Positions 9,294 to 18,336 of a stretch of 64,000 bases of DNA are shown here, in pieces. Made by a program: the position numbers and the translations under genes. The stretch lies in NCBI GenBank assembly GCA_032250835.1, contig JAVVEA010000001.1, positions 448,001-512,000 of the forward strand, in the 5' to 3' direction. Position 1 is the stretch's first letter; the number at the start of each line of letters is the position of its first letter. Below the pieces are notes generated by a model. The model saw nothing but the letters and a program-made list of their open reading frames with translations. It searched no databases and was not told where the DNA came from. The DNA comes from a bacterium (GTDB lineage Bacteria > SAR324 > XYD2-FULL-50-16).

Positions 9294-9824
9294 ATGAAAC
9301 TGCTCGTCTCCCTGCTTTGTCTTTTTTCCCTTGGAGTTGCCCAGGCCTCGGCAGCATCGCTCCTCTTGGCTGCCGCCGAAGTGCCTTTGTCGATGACCTT
9401 TAATTCAGGCAGCAACGGACAGCTAAAAAGCGACGGAATGCCTCAGGGCCTAATTTTAACGGCCGAGGTCCCCTTGTTAATGGCGCTAGGGGTCGAGTCC
9501 TACGAAATCAAATTAAAAGACACCAACGGCAGCAGCCTGCAAACCCAAATGTATGATGCCCTTTGGATTTTACCGCTGCCCTTGGTCAGCTTAGGGATCG
9601 GAGCCGGGTTTGGGTTCCAGAACCCCACCGGGCCCCTAGCCTCCGCATACGATTCGGCCAACATCAGCCAAGTCATGTTACGCCTAGGCTTACCCGTCTT
9701 CGGCCCCTTGCAGGCCCGCATGAGTTACCAACGGATCTACTCTAGCCTAAGCAGCAAAACCGGTGGCAGCGATCTGCAAACCGGTGGGTCGCTCATCGCT
9801 GCGGGTGTGGGATTTGATTTTTAA
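9294..9824 (+). CDS. Small outer-membrane beta-barrel protein
   Basis: Signal peptide; amphipathic strands; C-terminus AGVGFDF. Confidence 0.7.
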   Translation: MKLLVSLLCLFSLGVAQASAASLLLAAAEVPLSMTFNSGSNGQLKSDGMPQGLILTAEVPLLMALGVESYEIKLKDTNGSSLQTQMYDALWILPLPLVSLGIGAGFGFQNPTGPLASAYDSANISQVMLRLGLPVFGPLQARMSYQRIYSSLSSKTGGSDLQTGGSLIAAGVGFDF

Positions 9825-9844
9825 GCAAAGGTAAGCGGCTAGAG

Positions 9845-10141
9845 CTAGCGCTTAAAGTTCAACAGCGGGCCCTGGTCGCCCGGTGCCCGTCCGGCGTTCA
9901 TCCCAAAGAAGATACAGGCCTGAAAGTTGGTGGGGCCGTCTTGGTCGCTACAGGTGCCCTCGGTTTCGGCGCACCTCTTTTGGCAAAGTTTTACGGGCTT
10001 AAAGACCACCTTAGAGTCCAGTTGAGTTAAGGCCGGGTTGCTTTCGCACATTTTCTTACAAGAAGCGACCGCCGGGCTGTCTTCGCCCAACTGGCAACCG
10101 ACCAGCAATACACTCAGTAAAATCCAACCAGCCAGTTTCAT
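9845..10141 (-). CDS. Cys-rich putative lipoprotein
   Basis: Lipobox LLVGC plus six more Cys (CKKMC, CQKRC, two singles); TGATG coupling to the upstream hemerythrin. Confidence 0.7.
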   Translation of the reverse strand: MKLAGWILLSVLLVGCQLGEDSPAVASCKKMCESNPALTQLDSKVVFKPVKLCQKRCAETEGTCSDQDGPTNFQACIFFGMNAGRAPGDQGPLLNFKR

Positions 10142-10563
10142 CAGTTTTGACCCTTTTCCCTTAAGTAACTAGCCATCCGGGCATCGGTGCCCAGAATGTG
10201 TTTGGTCAGCCATTCTTTTAAAAAATTCAGCAATGAATTCGAGAGGTCCATTCCACCTTCCTTTACGCTGCTATTCAAATAAGCCACCTTCTCAACAAAG
10301 CTAGTGTGCTCGGCTTTATGGGCGTCCATATCCGGGTAATGGAAGACCCGCATCATTTCTTCTTCGACCACAAAATGGGTGTGGGTATAGTGGGCTAGAT
10401 TCGAGAGCACGGCTCGGATCAATGAATCCTTTTCGTCCAAAGGCTGTGCCTCATCGTTACAGACATCAAAAAGCACGTTCAAGTTTTCAATCAAAAACTT
10501 ATGCTCTTCGTCGATCACGAAGATGTCCGTAGCTAGCTTGTCGTCCCAGGCAATAAAGGTCAT
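10141..10563 (-). CDS. Bacteriohemerythrin
   Basis: IDEEHK, HFVVEE, HKAEH, WLTKHILGTD; start at ATG 10563 with an AGGAG RBS. Confidence 0.92.
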   Translation of the reverse strand: MTFIAWDDKLATDIFVIDEEHKFLIENLNVLFDVCNDEAQPLDEKDSLIRAVLSNLAHYTHTHFVVEEEMMRVFHYPDMDAHKAEHTSFVEKVAYLNSSVKEGGMDLSNSLLNFLKEWLTKHILGTDARMASYLREKGQN

Positions 10564-10713
10564 GGGGTTTCTCCTATGGTTAACATCATGCTCTGGATTA
10601 ATTATATACGAACGCCTCACTTTGTCATCATCTTTTGTCCCTAAATGCTTATCTGCTTGTGTTCGGAAGGCAGCTGAGACAAACTATAAATAGCCATTAA
10701 CAACGGAGTGATG

Positions 10714-13422
10714 ATGACCCCTTGGGTCCCGAATATCCTGTTGGTTGACGACCTACCAGCCAATCTTGAGCGCCTTGAAGGGCTACTGTCGCCTTTGGAG
10801 GTAAGGGTGTTCTGCGTCCAAAGCGGCCGCGAAGCCCTCAGCCTACTAAACCATCACTCCTTTGCCCTGGTCATCTGCGATCTGCTGATGCCCGAGATGG
10901 ACGGTCTTGAGTTGGCCCGCCGGATTTACGCTCACAAGGCTACCGGTGCCCTACCTATTCTCTTCGTTTCTAAAGCCCAGCTAGCCCCCGACACTATCGC
11001 TGAGGTGTACCGCCTAGGTGCCGTGGATTTTTTAGAAGGCCCTATAGACCAACATATTTTATTGGGTAAAGTGGCGGTGTTCTTAAAGCTAGAACGCCAA
11101 CGCTTCGAATTGGACCAAAGCTTAGGCGAGTTATCGGCGCTCAACCAACAACTCCAGGCGCAAATCGAAGCCCGCAAACTCGTCGAGCAGGCCTACGAGC
11201 AAACTCAAGAAAGCCTACAAACCATAATTAACAGTCTCTTAGACGCCATCTTAATCTTAACTCCCGATGGGCGTTTGGTTGATCTCAACCAACAGGCAAC
11301 CCAACTCTTCGGGCAATCAAAAGAGGACCTATTAAGCGGCTACGTCGATGAGTTGTTCCAGACTCCAGGCTTAAAAGAGCCTTTGATAAAATGGATTCAA
11401 AGGGCCCCCAAAGGTGAGCTGATCGAATTGCAGGTTATGGGGAAGTCGGCTAAGCCCCTAGACTTAGAGCTCTCGAGCAAGCAGATTCAGTATAACGGGG
11501 AGCCGCGCTTGCTGCTTACCCTACACGACATCAGCCACCGTAAAGCCTCCCAAGACCGCCTGCGCAAGCTGTCTCAGGCCGTCGAGCAAAGCCCGGCGAG
11601 TATCTTGATCACCGACCTAGCGGGCCACATCGAATACATCAACCCCCGTTTTACCGAACTGACCGGCTACAGCGCCCAAGACATTCTGGGGAAAAACCCC
11701 CGGATCTTGCGCAGCGGCCAAACCCCGCCCGAGGTCTATCGGGAACTTTGGCGGCACCTCAAAGCAGGACAACCCTGGACCGGCGAACTGATCAACCGCC
11801 GCAAAAATGGGGAAACCTATGTGGAATTGACCCACCTGTCACCGATCTTTAATGAAGCCAACCAAGTTACCCACTATCTGGGGATAAAACAAGACATTAC
11901 CGACCGAAAACAGGCCGAAGAGGCCCTGATCGAAGCCACCATAGAGGCCAACCAAGCCAATCAAGCCAAGAGCGAATTTCTAGCCAATATGAGCCATGAA
12001 ATCCGCACCCCCATGAACGCAATTCTGGGCTTTTCGGAAATTTTGCAGGAACTGGTTGAAGACCCCCAGCAAAGTGAATTTCTCGGAAATATCCGCAGTT
12101 CCGGTGAAGCCTTGCTAACCTTGATCAATGATATTTTAGACCTGTCTAAGGTCGAGGCGGGAAAACTTAAGCTGGAATACCGCCCGACGGACCTCAAGGG
12201 GCTGTTAGAGGAAATGGGTCCGATCTTCGCCAAGAAGTTGGGTGAAAAGGACCTATTGTTTCATCTGGAAATAGACCCCCAACTACCCCCGGCTCTGGCC
12301 CTAGATGAATCACGTATCCGGCAGATATTGTTAAACCTCATCGGCAACGCCGTCAAGTTCACCCACCAAGGTCGTATTCACTTAAAAGCGATCCAAGAAG
12401 CCCGCCGGGGACAGTCCTTGGACCTTTTGCTGGTAGTCGAAGACACCGGCATTGGCATCGCCCCTGAGTCTCAACAAATAGTCTTTGGGGCCTTTGAGCA
12501 GGTACCGGGCCAGGGGTCGCAAGTGGGCGGCACCGGGCTGGGGTTAGCGATCACCAAACGCTTGGTCGAAATGATGGGCGGCCAAATCGACCTGAGCAGC
12601 CAACTCGGCCAGGGGAGCTGTTTTAACGTCCACCTTCGGGGCGTTGAGATCACCGAAGCGCCCCCCAGCGTCGTTGAAGAGACGGCCGAAGCGAGCTTTA
12701 CCCTCGAAGGCTTTGCACCGGCGCGTCTGCTGGTAGTGGACGATATCGAGATAAACCGCAAGCTGCTGATCAAATACCTCAAAGCCGCTCCCTTTGAGGT
12801 TTATGAAGCCTGCAACGGAGCCGAAGCGGTTGATCAAGCCACCACCATGCTGCCCGACTTGATCTTAATGGACATGAAAATGCCGGTCTTAGATGGCTTC
12901 GAAGCAACGGCCCGGCTCAAGTCCCAGCCAGCTACCGCCAAGATTCCGGTGATTGCGGTGACCGCTGCGGTGATGAAAGACGAACGGGTGCGGATTCTCG
13001 CACTTTGCGACGACATGCTGTCCAAGCCCCTAAGCAAAGGGGCTTTGGTTAAGAAATTAGGACTTTACTTAAAAAGCGTTATCCCAAAGAATGGTGCGCT
13101 ACCTGCCGCAAAAACCTTGCAGGGCAATTGGCCCCAGCCCCAGGCCGATGATTTGGCCTGGTTGCTAGAGCAAACGAGCACCAAGTGGCAAGCCCAATGG
13201 GCTGAGCTTAACGACAGCCTGACCTTAAACCTGATCGAAGATTGGGCCGCAAAGCTACGCAGCGAAGCCAGTCGAGTGGGTTATACGCCGCTGTACCAAT
13301 GGGCCGAAGAGGTCTATAATCTTGCACGAGCCTTTGAAGCCGACCAACTGGCCCAGAAAATGACCGGTTATCCTGATTTGATCGAACCTTTAGCCAAAGC
13401 CTGCGCGAACGCCACCTCATGA
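10714..13422 (+). CDS. Hybrid histidine kinase REC-PAS-PAS-HisKA-HATPase-REC plus helical tail
   Basis: LLVDD/CDLLMP; YINPRF..TGYS PAS; FLANMSHEIRTP; NLIGNAVKF; GTGLGL; LMDMKMP. Confidence 0.93.
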   Translation: MTPWVPNILLVDDLPANLERLEGLLSPLEVRVFCVQSGREALSLLNHHSFALVICDLLMPEMDGLELARRIYAHKATGALPILFVSKAQLAPDTIAEVYRLGAVDFLEGPIDQHILLGKVAVFLKLERQRFELDQSLGELSALNQQLQAQIEARKLVEQAYEQTQESLQTIINSLLDAILILTPDGRLVDLNQQATQLFGQSKEDLLSGYVDELFQTPGLKEPLIKWIQRAPKGELIELQVMGKSAKPLDLELSSKQIQYNGEPRLLLTLHDISHRKASQDRLRKLSQAVEQSPASILITDLAGHIEYINPRFTELTGYSAQDILGKNPRILRSGQTPPEVYRELWRHLKAGQPWTGELINRRKNGETYVELTHLSPIFNEANQVTHYLGIKQDITDRKQAEEALIEATIEANQANQAKSEFLANMSHEIRTPMNAILGFSEILQELVEDPQQSEFLGNIRSSGEALLTLINDILDLSKVEAGKLKLEYRPTDLKGLLEEMGPIFAKKLGEKDLLFHLEIDPQLPPALALDESRIRQILLNLIGNAVKFTHQGRIHLKAIQEARRGQSLDLLLVVEDTGIGIAPESQQIVFGAFEQVPGQGSQVGGTGLGLAITKRLVEMMGGQIDLSSQLGQGSCFNVHLRGVEITEAPPSVVEETAEASFTLEGFAPARLLVVDDIEINRKLLIKYLKAAPFEVYEACNGAEAVDQATTMLPDLILMDMKMPVLDGFEATARLKSQPATAKIPVIAVTAAVMKDERVRILALCDDMLSKPLSKGALVKKLGLYLKSVIPKNGALPAAKTLQGNWPQPQADDLAWLLEQTSTKWQAQWAELNDSLTLNLIEDWAAKLRSEASRVGYTPLYQWAEEVYNLARAFEADQLAQKMTGYPDLIEPLAKACANATS

Positions 13423-14336
13423 ACGCCACAGCGCCTGCCCGCATTCTGATCGTCGATGACACCCAAAAGAACATCCAGCTTTTGGGAACCCTGCTGCGTA
13501 AAGAAAACTTCTTGCTGAACGTTGCTTACGATGGGGAACAGGCCATTGAAATCGCGCGCAAGTTAAAACCCGAATTGATTCTTTTAGACATCATGATGCC
13601 GGGCATCGACGGATATGAAACCTGCGCACGCCTCAAAGCGCTAGAGGAAACCCAAGAGATTCCGGTGATTTTTTTGACCGCCAAGACCGAAGTACGCGAC
13701 ATCATCCGAGGCTTTGAAGTCGGTGCGGTAGATTATGTCACCAAGCCCTTTAATGCGGTGGTGCTACTCTCAAGGGTCCGCACCCACCTAAAACTACGCC
13801 GGGCTCAAATGGAACTGGCGGAAAAAAACGCAGCTTTAGAAGAGATGGTGATGATCGACGGCTTGACCGGGCTGTACAACCATAAATTCATCTTCGAGGT
13901 TTTAAGCAAACAGATTGCCGATTCAGAGCGTTACGGTCGCCCCATGTCGGTGATCATGTTTGACTTAGACCACTTCAAACGAGTCAACGACAATTACGGC
14001 CACCAAGTAGGGGATGAGGTCTTGGTCAAAGTGGCCGCCTGCATCAAGAGCTCTGTGCGGCAGGCGGATTTAGCCGGACGCTACGGCGGCGAAGAATTTT
14101 TGGTGGTCTTACCCAACACCTCTTTGGAAGACGCCGCAAGGGTGGCCGAAAAGATCCGTTCGGCCATCGCTTCAATACCCTGGGACCACGAAGGTTTAGT
14201 GATCACCATCAGCGGGGGACTAGCCCAGTTTAGAGGGGAAACCGAATTGGAGTTGATCGACCGCGCTGATAAGTTGCTCTACGAGGCCAAAAACAACGGC
14301 CGCAACCGCATCGTCCAAGAGACCAAACCCGACTGA
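13419..14336 (+). CDS. REC-GGDEF diguanylate cyclase (WspR/PleD-like)
   Basis: IVDD...LLDIMMP; DGLTGLYN; RQAD I-site; RYGGEEF. Confidence 0.95.
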   Translation: MNATAPARILIVDDTQKNIQLLGTLLRKENFLLNVAYDGEQAIEIARKLKPELILLDIMMPGIDGYETCARLKALEETQEIPVIFLTAKTEVRDIIRGFEVGAVDYVTKPFNAVVLLSRVRTHLKLRRAQMELAEKNAALEEMVMIDGLTGLYNHKFIFEVLSKQIADSERYGRPMSVIMFDLDHFKRVNDNYGHQVGDEVLVKVAACIKSSVRQADLAGRYGGEEFLVVLPNTSLEDAARVAEKIRSAIASIPWDHEGLVITISGGLAQFRGETELELIDRADKLLYEAKNNGRNRIVQETKPD

Positions 14337-14344
14337 CTTAAAGT

Positions 14345-15463
14345 ATGCCAAAAATCTCCGGAAAAATTCTGCTAATCGAGGACAGTAAGCCCAATCTGGC
14401 CCTGCTGTCACGAATCCTTGAACAACAAGGGCACCAAACCGTTTCTTGCCAATCTGGTGTCGAAGGGCTCGAGTTAGCGGCGTCGGAGTCCTTTGATTTG
14501 GTCCTGTTAGACATTGTGATGCCCGGCATGGACGGTTTTGAGGTCTGCCGCCGGTTGAAAGGCTCCCCGGTTACTCGCGATATCCCGCTGATCTTCTTGA
14601 CGGCTAAAAGTTCCATGGACGATCTGGTTCAAGGCTTTGAGCTAGGTGCCGCCGACTATGTAACCAAGCCTTACAAAGGCCCAGAACTCCTGACCCGAGT
14701 AGAAAACCAGCTGCGGTTGCGCCGCAGCCACCAAGCTATGTTCCGCCAAAACCGCGAGTTAAACCTCGCGGTCTCCACTAGAGATAAATTTTTCTCGTTG
14801 ATTGCCCACGACCTCCGCACCCCGATCAAAATTTTGCATGGTATGGTTCAGCACCTACGGGACCCGGAGGTCTTAAAGGACCGGGCCGAGTTGGACCATA
14901 CACTTTTGCTGTTGGAACAATCTAGCCAACAGACCTCGCAACTGCTCGACGACCTGCTTGAGTGGGCCAAAACTCAAGTTCAGGGTCTTCATGCGACCCC
15001 AGTTGAGCTAGATATCCACCGGATGGTTGAGGATATTTGCCAACTCTTAGAGCAATTGGCGTTACCCAAAGGCATCCAGTTGGACAATCAGGTAGAAGCC
15101 GGATTGAGGGCCTGGGCAGACGAACAAACGGTGGCTACGATCCTGCGGAACTTGATCACCAATGCCATCAAGTTCACGCCCGGTCAGGGCTCGGCTAAGA
15201 TTCTGGCCCGCCTCGAAGGCCAAAGCCTTTGGATTGCCGTTGAAGATCAGGGCATCGGCATATCCCCGGAAAATCAGGCACGGCTGTTCCAGTTAGGTGA
15301 CCAATTCAGCACGCAAGGGACCGCCGGCGAAGGGGGCACCGGTCTGGGGCTGCTGCTGTGCCGCGAATTTGCCGAACTCAATGGCGGCAAATTGGGTTTT
15401 TCCAGTACCGAAGGCCAAGGCAGCCTCTTTTGGTTTACCTTGCCCATCGGCCCCACGCCCTAG
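14345..15463 (+). CDS. REC-HisKA-HATPase hybrid kinase
   Basis: LLDIVMP; IAHDLRTP; NLITNAIKF; GTGLGL. Confidence 0.93.
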   Translation: MPKISGKILLIEDSKPNLALLSRILEQQGHQTVSCQSGVEGLELAASESFDLVLLDIVMPGMDGFEVCRRLKGSPVTRDIPLIFLTAKSSMDDLVQGFELGAADYVTKPYKGPELLTRVENQLRLRRSHQAMFRQNRELNLAVSTRDKFFSLIAHDLRTPIKILHGMVQHLRDPEVLKDRAELDHTLLLLEQSSQQTSQLLDDLLEWAKTQVQGLHATPVELDIHRMVEDICQLLEQLALPKGIQLDNQVEAGLRAWADEQTVATILRNLITNAIKFTPGQGSAKILARLEGQSLWIAVEDQGIGISPENQARLFQLGDQFSTQGTAGEGGTGLGLLLCREFAELNGGKLGFSSTEGQGSLFWFTLPIGPTP

Positions 15464-15592
15464 CTCTCTGGCTACAGCCAAAAAACACAGAAAAAAAAGC
15501 ATGATTTTCCGGTCAGTTTTCTGTATTGGAAAAGTTACGCAATCTGAAGCGTAATCTAAACCCACCACCTAACGTACTCACGAAAACGTAAC

Positions 15593-16375
15593 ATGAAAAA
15601 ACAACTACAGTTGCTGGCCTTGTCGCTAGTCTTCGCTGCCTGTGCACACCAGGTTGGCGATATGGAGCACGGCGAAAAGAGCCACGCTAAAGGACACGGC
15701 GCTCACTGGACTTATGGGGGCGAAACGGGCCCGATGCATTGGGGCGATATGTCCGAGCAGTTTGCGGCCTGTAAAAACGGGATGGCCCAATCGCCGATCA
15801 ACATCACACAAACCACTCCGGCCAACCTACCGGCCCTTGAGACCGGGTACCAAGCCGTGGGCCTGGACCTCATCAACAACGGCCACACCCTGCAACTCAA
15901 CACCGCCGGTGCCGGCAGCGTAAAGATTGGAGAGGACCGCTATGAACTCCTCCAATTCCACTTCCACCTGCCCAGCGAAGAGCAAATCAACGGGGAAAAT
16001 TACGACCTCGTCGCCCACTTGGTCCACAAAAACCAAAAGGGGGAATTGGGCGTAGTGGCCGTATTGTTTAAAGAAGGTGAGGAGAACCCCTTTTTAGCCA
16101 ACTTCTGGGACAAACTGCCCACCGAAGCTGGCGGCAAGTTCGCCGACGCGGCGGTGTTGATCAATCCCATGGAGCTCTTGCCTAGCGACTTGGGTTACTT
16201 CGGTTACATGGGCTCCTTGACTACGCCGCCTTGTTCTGAAGGGGTGCATTGGCATGTCCTCAAAACCCCGGTGTCGATCTCGGCAGCTCAAAAAGCCGCT
16301 TTTGCCAAGCTTTACCACGGCAACAACCGCCCGGTTCAACCACTGAACGGTCGCGAAGTAAAAGCCAGTATGTAA
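15593..16375 (+). CDS. cah: Alpha-carbonic anhydrase, probable lipoprotein
   Basis: HWTY, QSPINI, NNGHT, QFHFH, HLVH, GSLTTPPCSEGV, NRPVQP; lipobox FAAC. Confidence 0.95.
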   Translation: MKKQLQLLALSLVFAACAHQVGDMEHGEKSHAKGHGAHWTYGGETGPMHWGDMSEQFAACKNGMAQSPINITQTTPANLPALETGYQAVGLDLINNGHTLQLNTAGAGSVKIGEDRYELLQFHFHLPSEEQINGENYDLVAHLVHKNQKGELGVVAVLFKEGEENPFLANFWDKLPTEAGGKFADAAVLINPMELLPSDLGYFGYMGSLTTPPCSEGVHWHVLKTPVSISAAQKAAFAKLYHGNNRPVQPLNGREVKASM

Positions 16376-16383
16376 GACTTAAG

Positions 16384-16414
16384 TTCCGTGGGGGCCCGGC
16401 TGGCCCCTACGGAA
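16384..16414 (+). terminator. Hairpin downstream of the carbonic anhydrase gene
   Basis: TTCCGTGGGGGCC / GGCCCCTACGGAA 13-bp stem with one G-U pair; weak U-tract. Confidence 0.5.
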
Positions 16415-16561
16415 TTATACCTAGCCCCAGAATAGCCCTAAAAGGCTGCAAAATATTTCCTCCTCCAAAGCTCATGGGTACTTCTCGCGTTGTAATTTTC
16501 CCAGGTATCGGTAAACTATCTTAAGTTTCCTACCTGGACCCCATAACGCCGAAAGTGCCTG

Positions 16562-17908
16562 ATGGCCAAAGTAATCCAAAAGATATTACCACTCGAAAAG
16601 CTGGTGCAGGGCATGACCATCCTGTCCATTGTCGGCTTTGATGAGGAGTACCGTCCTTTGGCGGAGGATCGGGCCGCTTGGGTCCGCCTCAACTTCGAGC
16701 AAGCCCGCCTTAAAGTCCGACGCGATACCGAAGAAATCCAACTAGCCGGAAATGAAGTATTGGTGGGGGACTTTGTCCAACAGATTGACCAGTTGGACCA
16801 AATGGACCGGTCCTTTAAGATAGAGGACCTACGGCTTGTTACCGAATTGGGTCGGCGTGGCTTTACGCTCTTTATTGTAGAAACTCCGGCGAAGTCCGAA
16901 AATCTGCGTGATCTAGTCAAGCAAGAGCGGGTCGCGCTGGTGGACCGCATCATTGAAAAGCTGGACCACGGCCGCAGCCTGAGCCGCGAAGCAAGCCAGC
17001 AGCTTGGTGAAACCTTCGAGGCGCTCCGCCAAGAAAAAACAGACCCCCAAAGCATCCATAACCAAGTAGACAGCATCTTAGCCAATCACGGACTGGAGGT
17101 GCTCAATATCCTCAGCCTGTTAGAGCAAAACACCAGTATATACCAGCACAGCCTGGAAGTGGCGGCCCTGTACCACAGCATCTATTTCGACTTCATCGCC
17201 CGACGGGGCATCAAAAGCAGCTTCAATCGGCGGCGTGAAGTCTTTTTAGGAGCCTTTGTCCATGATTTTGGCATGGCGCGGGTGCCCAAATATATTTACG
17301 AGAGCAAAGACAAGTTTGAACGGGGTAGCAAAGAATGGAAGCTACTGCGCCAGCACCCCGAACTGGGGGCCCAAATGCTTGGGCGGATGGGCATGCCTGA
17401 GGTGATCGTCAACATGGCCTATTACCACCATGTCAAACTAGACGGTAGCTTGGTCAGTAGCTATCCCGAGCAAGCCCGCTTCAATGACGCTCTGCCCGAA
17501 ACCCGCCTGCTGGGCATGATGGATATTTACCAAGCCTTAACGGGACACCGCACCTACTCAAAGACCTGGACCCCACCTTCGGCAATGCGGTTTTTAGACG
17601 CCTTAGAAGGAAGTGAGTTTGACTCCACCACTTGGTCGATCTTTTTAGACCTAATGGGGCGCTACCCGATAGGCTCTTTAGTGGAACTCAACACCGGTGA
17701 CTTGGCCTTTGTGGTAGGGCAATCGCCAAACCAAAACAACCGCCCCATGCTGGTACCGGTCAAAACCGCCGGTGGCGAAGAACTAACCCACCACCAGCTA
17801 ATTCTGCTGGAAACCGAAGAAGACCTGATGATCACCGACGATCTAAGACCCCAAAACGTCTTTGGCGAACGGGCCTTAGAGGTCTTCTCCAAAATTCGCC
17901 TCAGTTAA
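16562..17908 (+). CDS. HD-GYP family c-di-GMP phosphodiesterase-like protein
   Basis: YQHS, VHDFGM, QHPELGA, YHHVKLDG..SSYP, DIYQALT.HRTY; C-terminal YPIGSLVELNTG domain. Confidence 0.88.
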   Translation: MAKVIQKILPLEKLVQGMTILSIVGFDEEYRPLAEDRAAWVRLNFEQARLKVRRDTEEIQLAGNEVLVGDFVQQIDQLDQMDRSFKIEDLRLVTELGRRGFTLFIVETPAKSENLRDLVKQERVALVDRIIEKLDHGRSLSREASQQLGETFEALRQEKTDPQSIHNQVDSILANHGLEVLNILSLLEQNTSIYQHSLEVAALYHSIYFDFIARRGIKSSFNRRREVFLGAFVHDFGMARVPKYIYESKDKFERGSKEWKLLRQHPELGAQMLGRMGMPEVIVNMAYYHHVKLDGSLVSSYPEQARFNDALPETRLLGMMDIYQALTGHRTYSKTWTPPSAMRFLDALEGSEFDSTTWSIFLDLMGRYPIGSLVELNTGDLAFVVGQSPNQNNRPMLVPVKTAGGEELTHHQLILLETEEDLMITDDLRPQNVFGERALEVFSKIRLS

Positions 17909-17995
17909 AAGCCTTTTCAGTAGTTCCCCTAAGGGCCGTCAATAGGGTACCATCTCCCTAAGTTTAAAAAAATTGTATCTAGGACCGGAGAGCTT

Positions 17996-18331
17996 ATGAT
18001 CGACCGCGAACTATTAGACACCCGAAAGATCTTAGGGAAAGAGTTTTTTGAAGGGTTACTGGTAAAGTTTGAGCGGGATTCGGTGCCCATGCTTGAGCAG
18101 CTAAAGGAGCTTAATAAAGCCCACAAATTATCCGAACTAAGCGATGCAGCCCACCGGATCAAAGGCATAGCGGCCAATGTGGGGGCAAAGAGCTTAGCTG
18201 AACTTTGTTATAAAATCCAGCTAGGGGCCGAAGCGGGAGAAAGCTCTAACCTGACCGCTTGGATCGACCAATTACCTTCACAACTGACCGAAGCTATGAC
18301 AGAGTTGAAGGAATATATGAAAACCTTTTGA
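17996..18331 (+). CDS. Stand-alone Hpt phosphotransfer protein
   Basis: AAHRIKGIAANVGA motif; GGAGA RBS. Confidence 0.92.
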   Translation: MIDRELLDTRKILGKEFFEGLLVKFERDSVPMLEQLKELNKAHKLSELSDAAHRIKGIAANVGAKSLAELCYKIQLGAEAGESSNLTAWIDQLPSQLTEAMTELKEYMKTF

Positions 18332-18336
18332 TCCCC

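Noticed and set aside
10650-10680. SRP RNA suggested by CGGAAGGCAGC
   Set aside because: It lacks the full conserved helix and a long flanking stem; the region is a divergent promoter gap.
15950-16030. Carbonic anhydrase SEEQ and VAHLVH deviations as a sign of inactivation
   Set aside because: All three Zn-binding His residues are present, and I recall this variant in other bacterial alpha-CAs.
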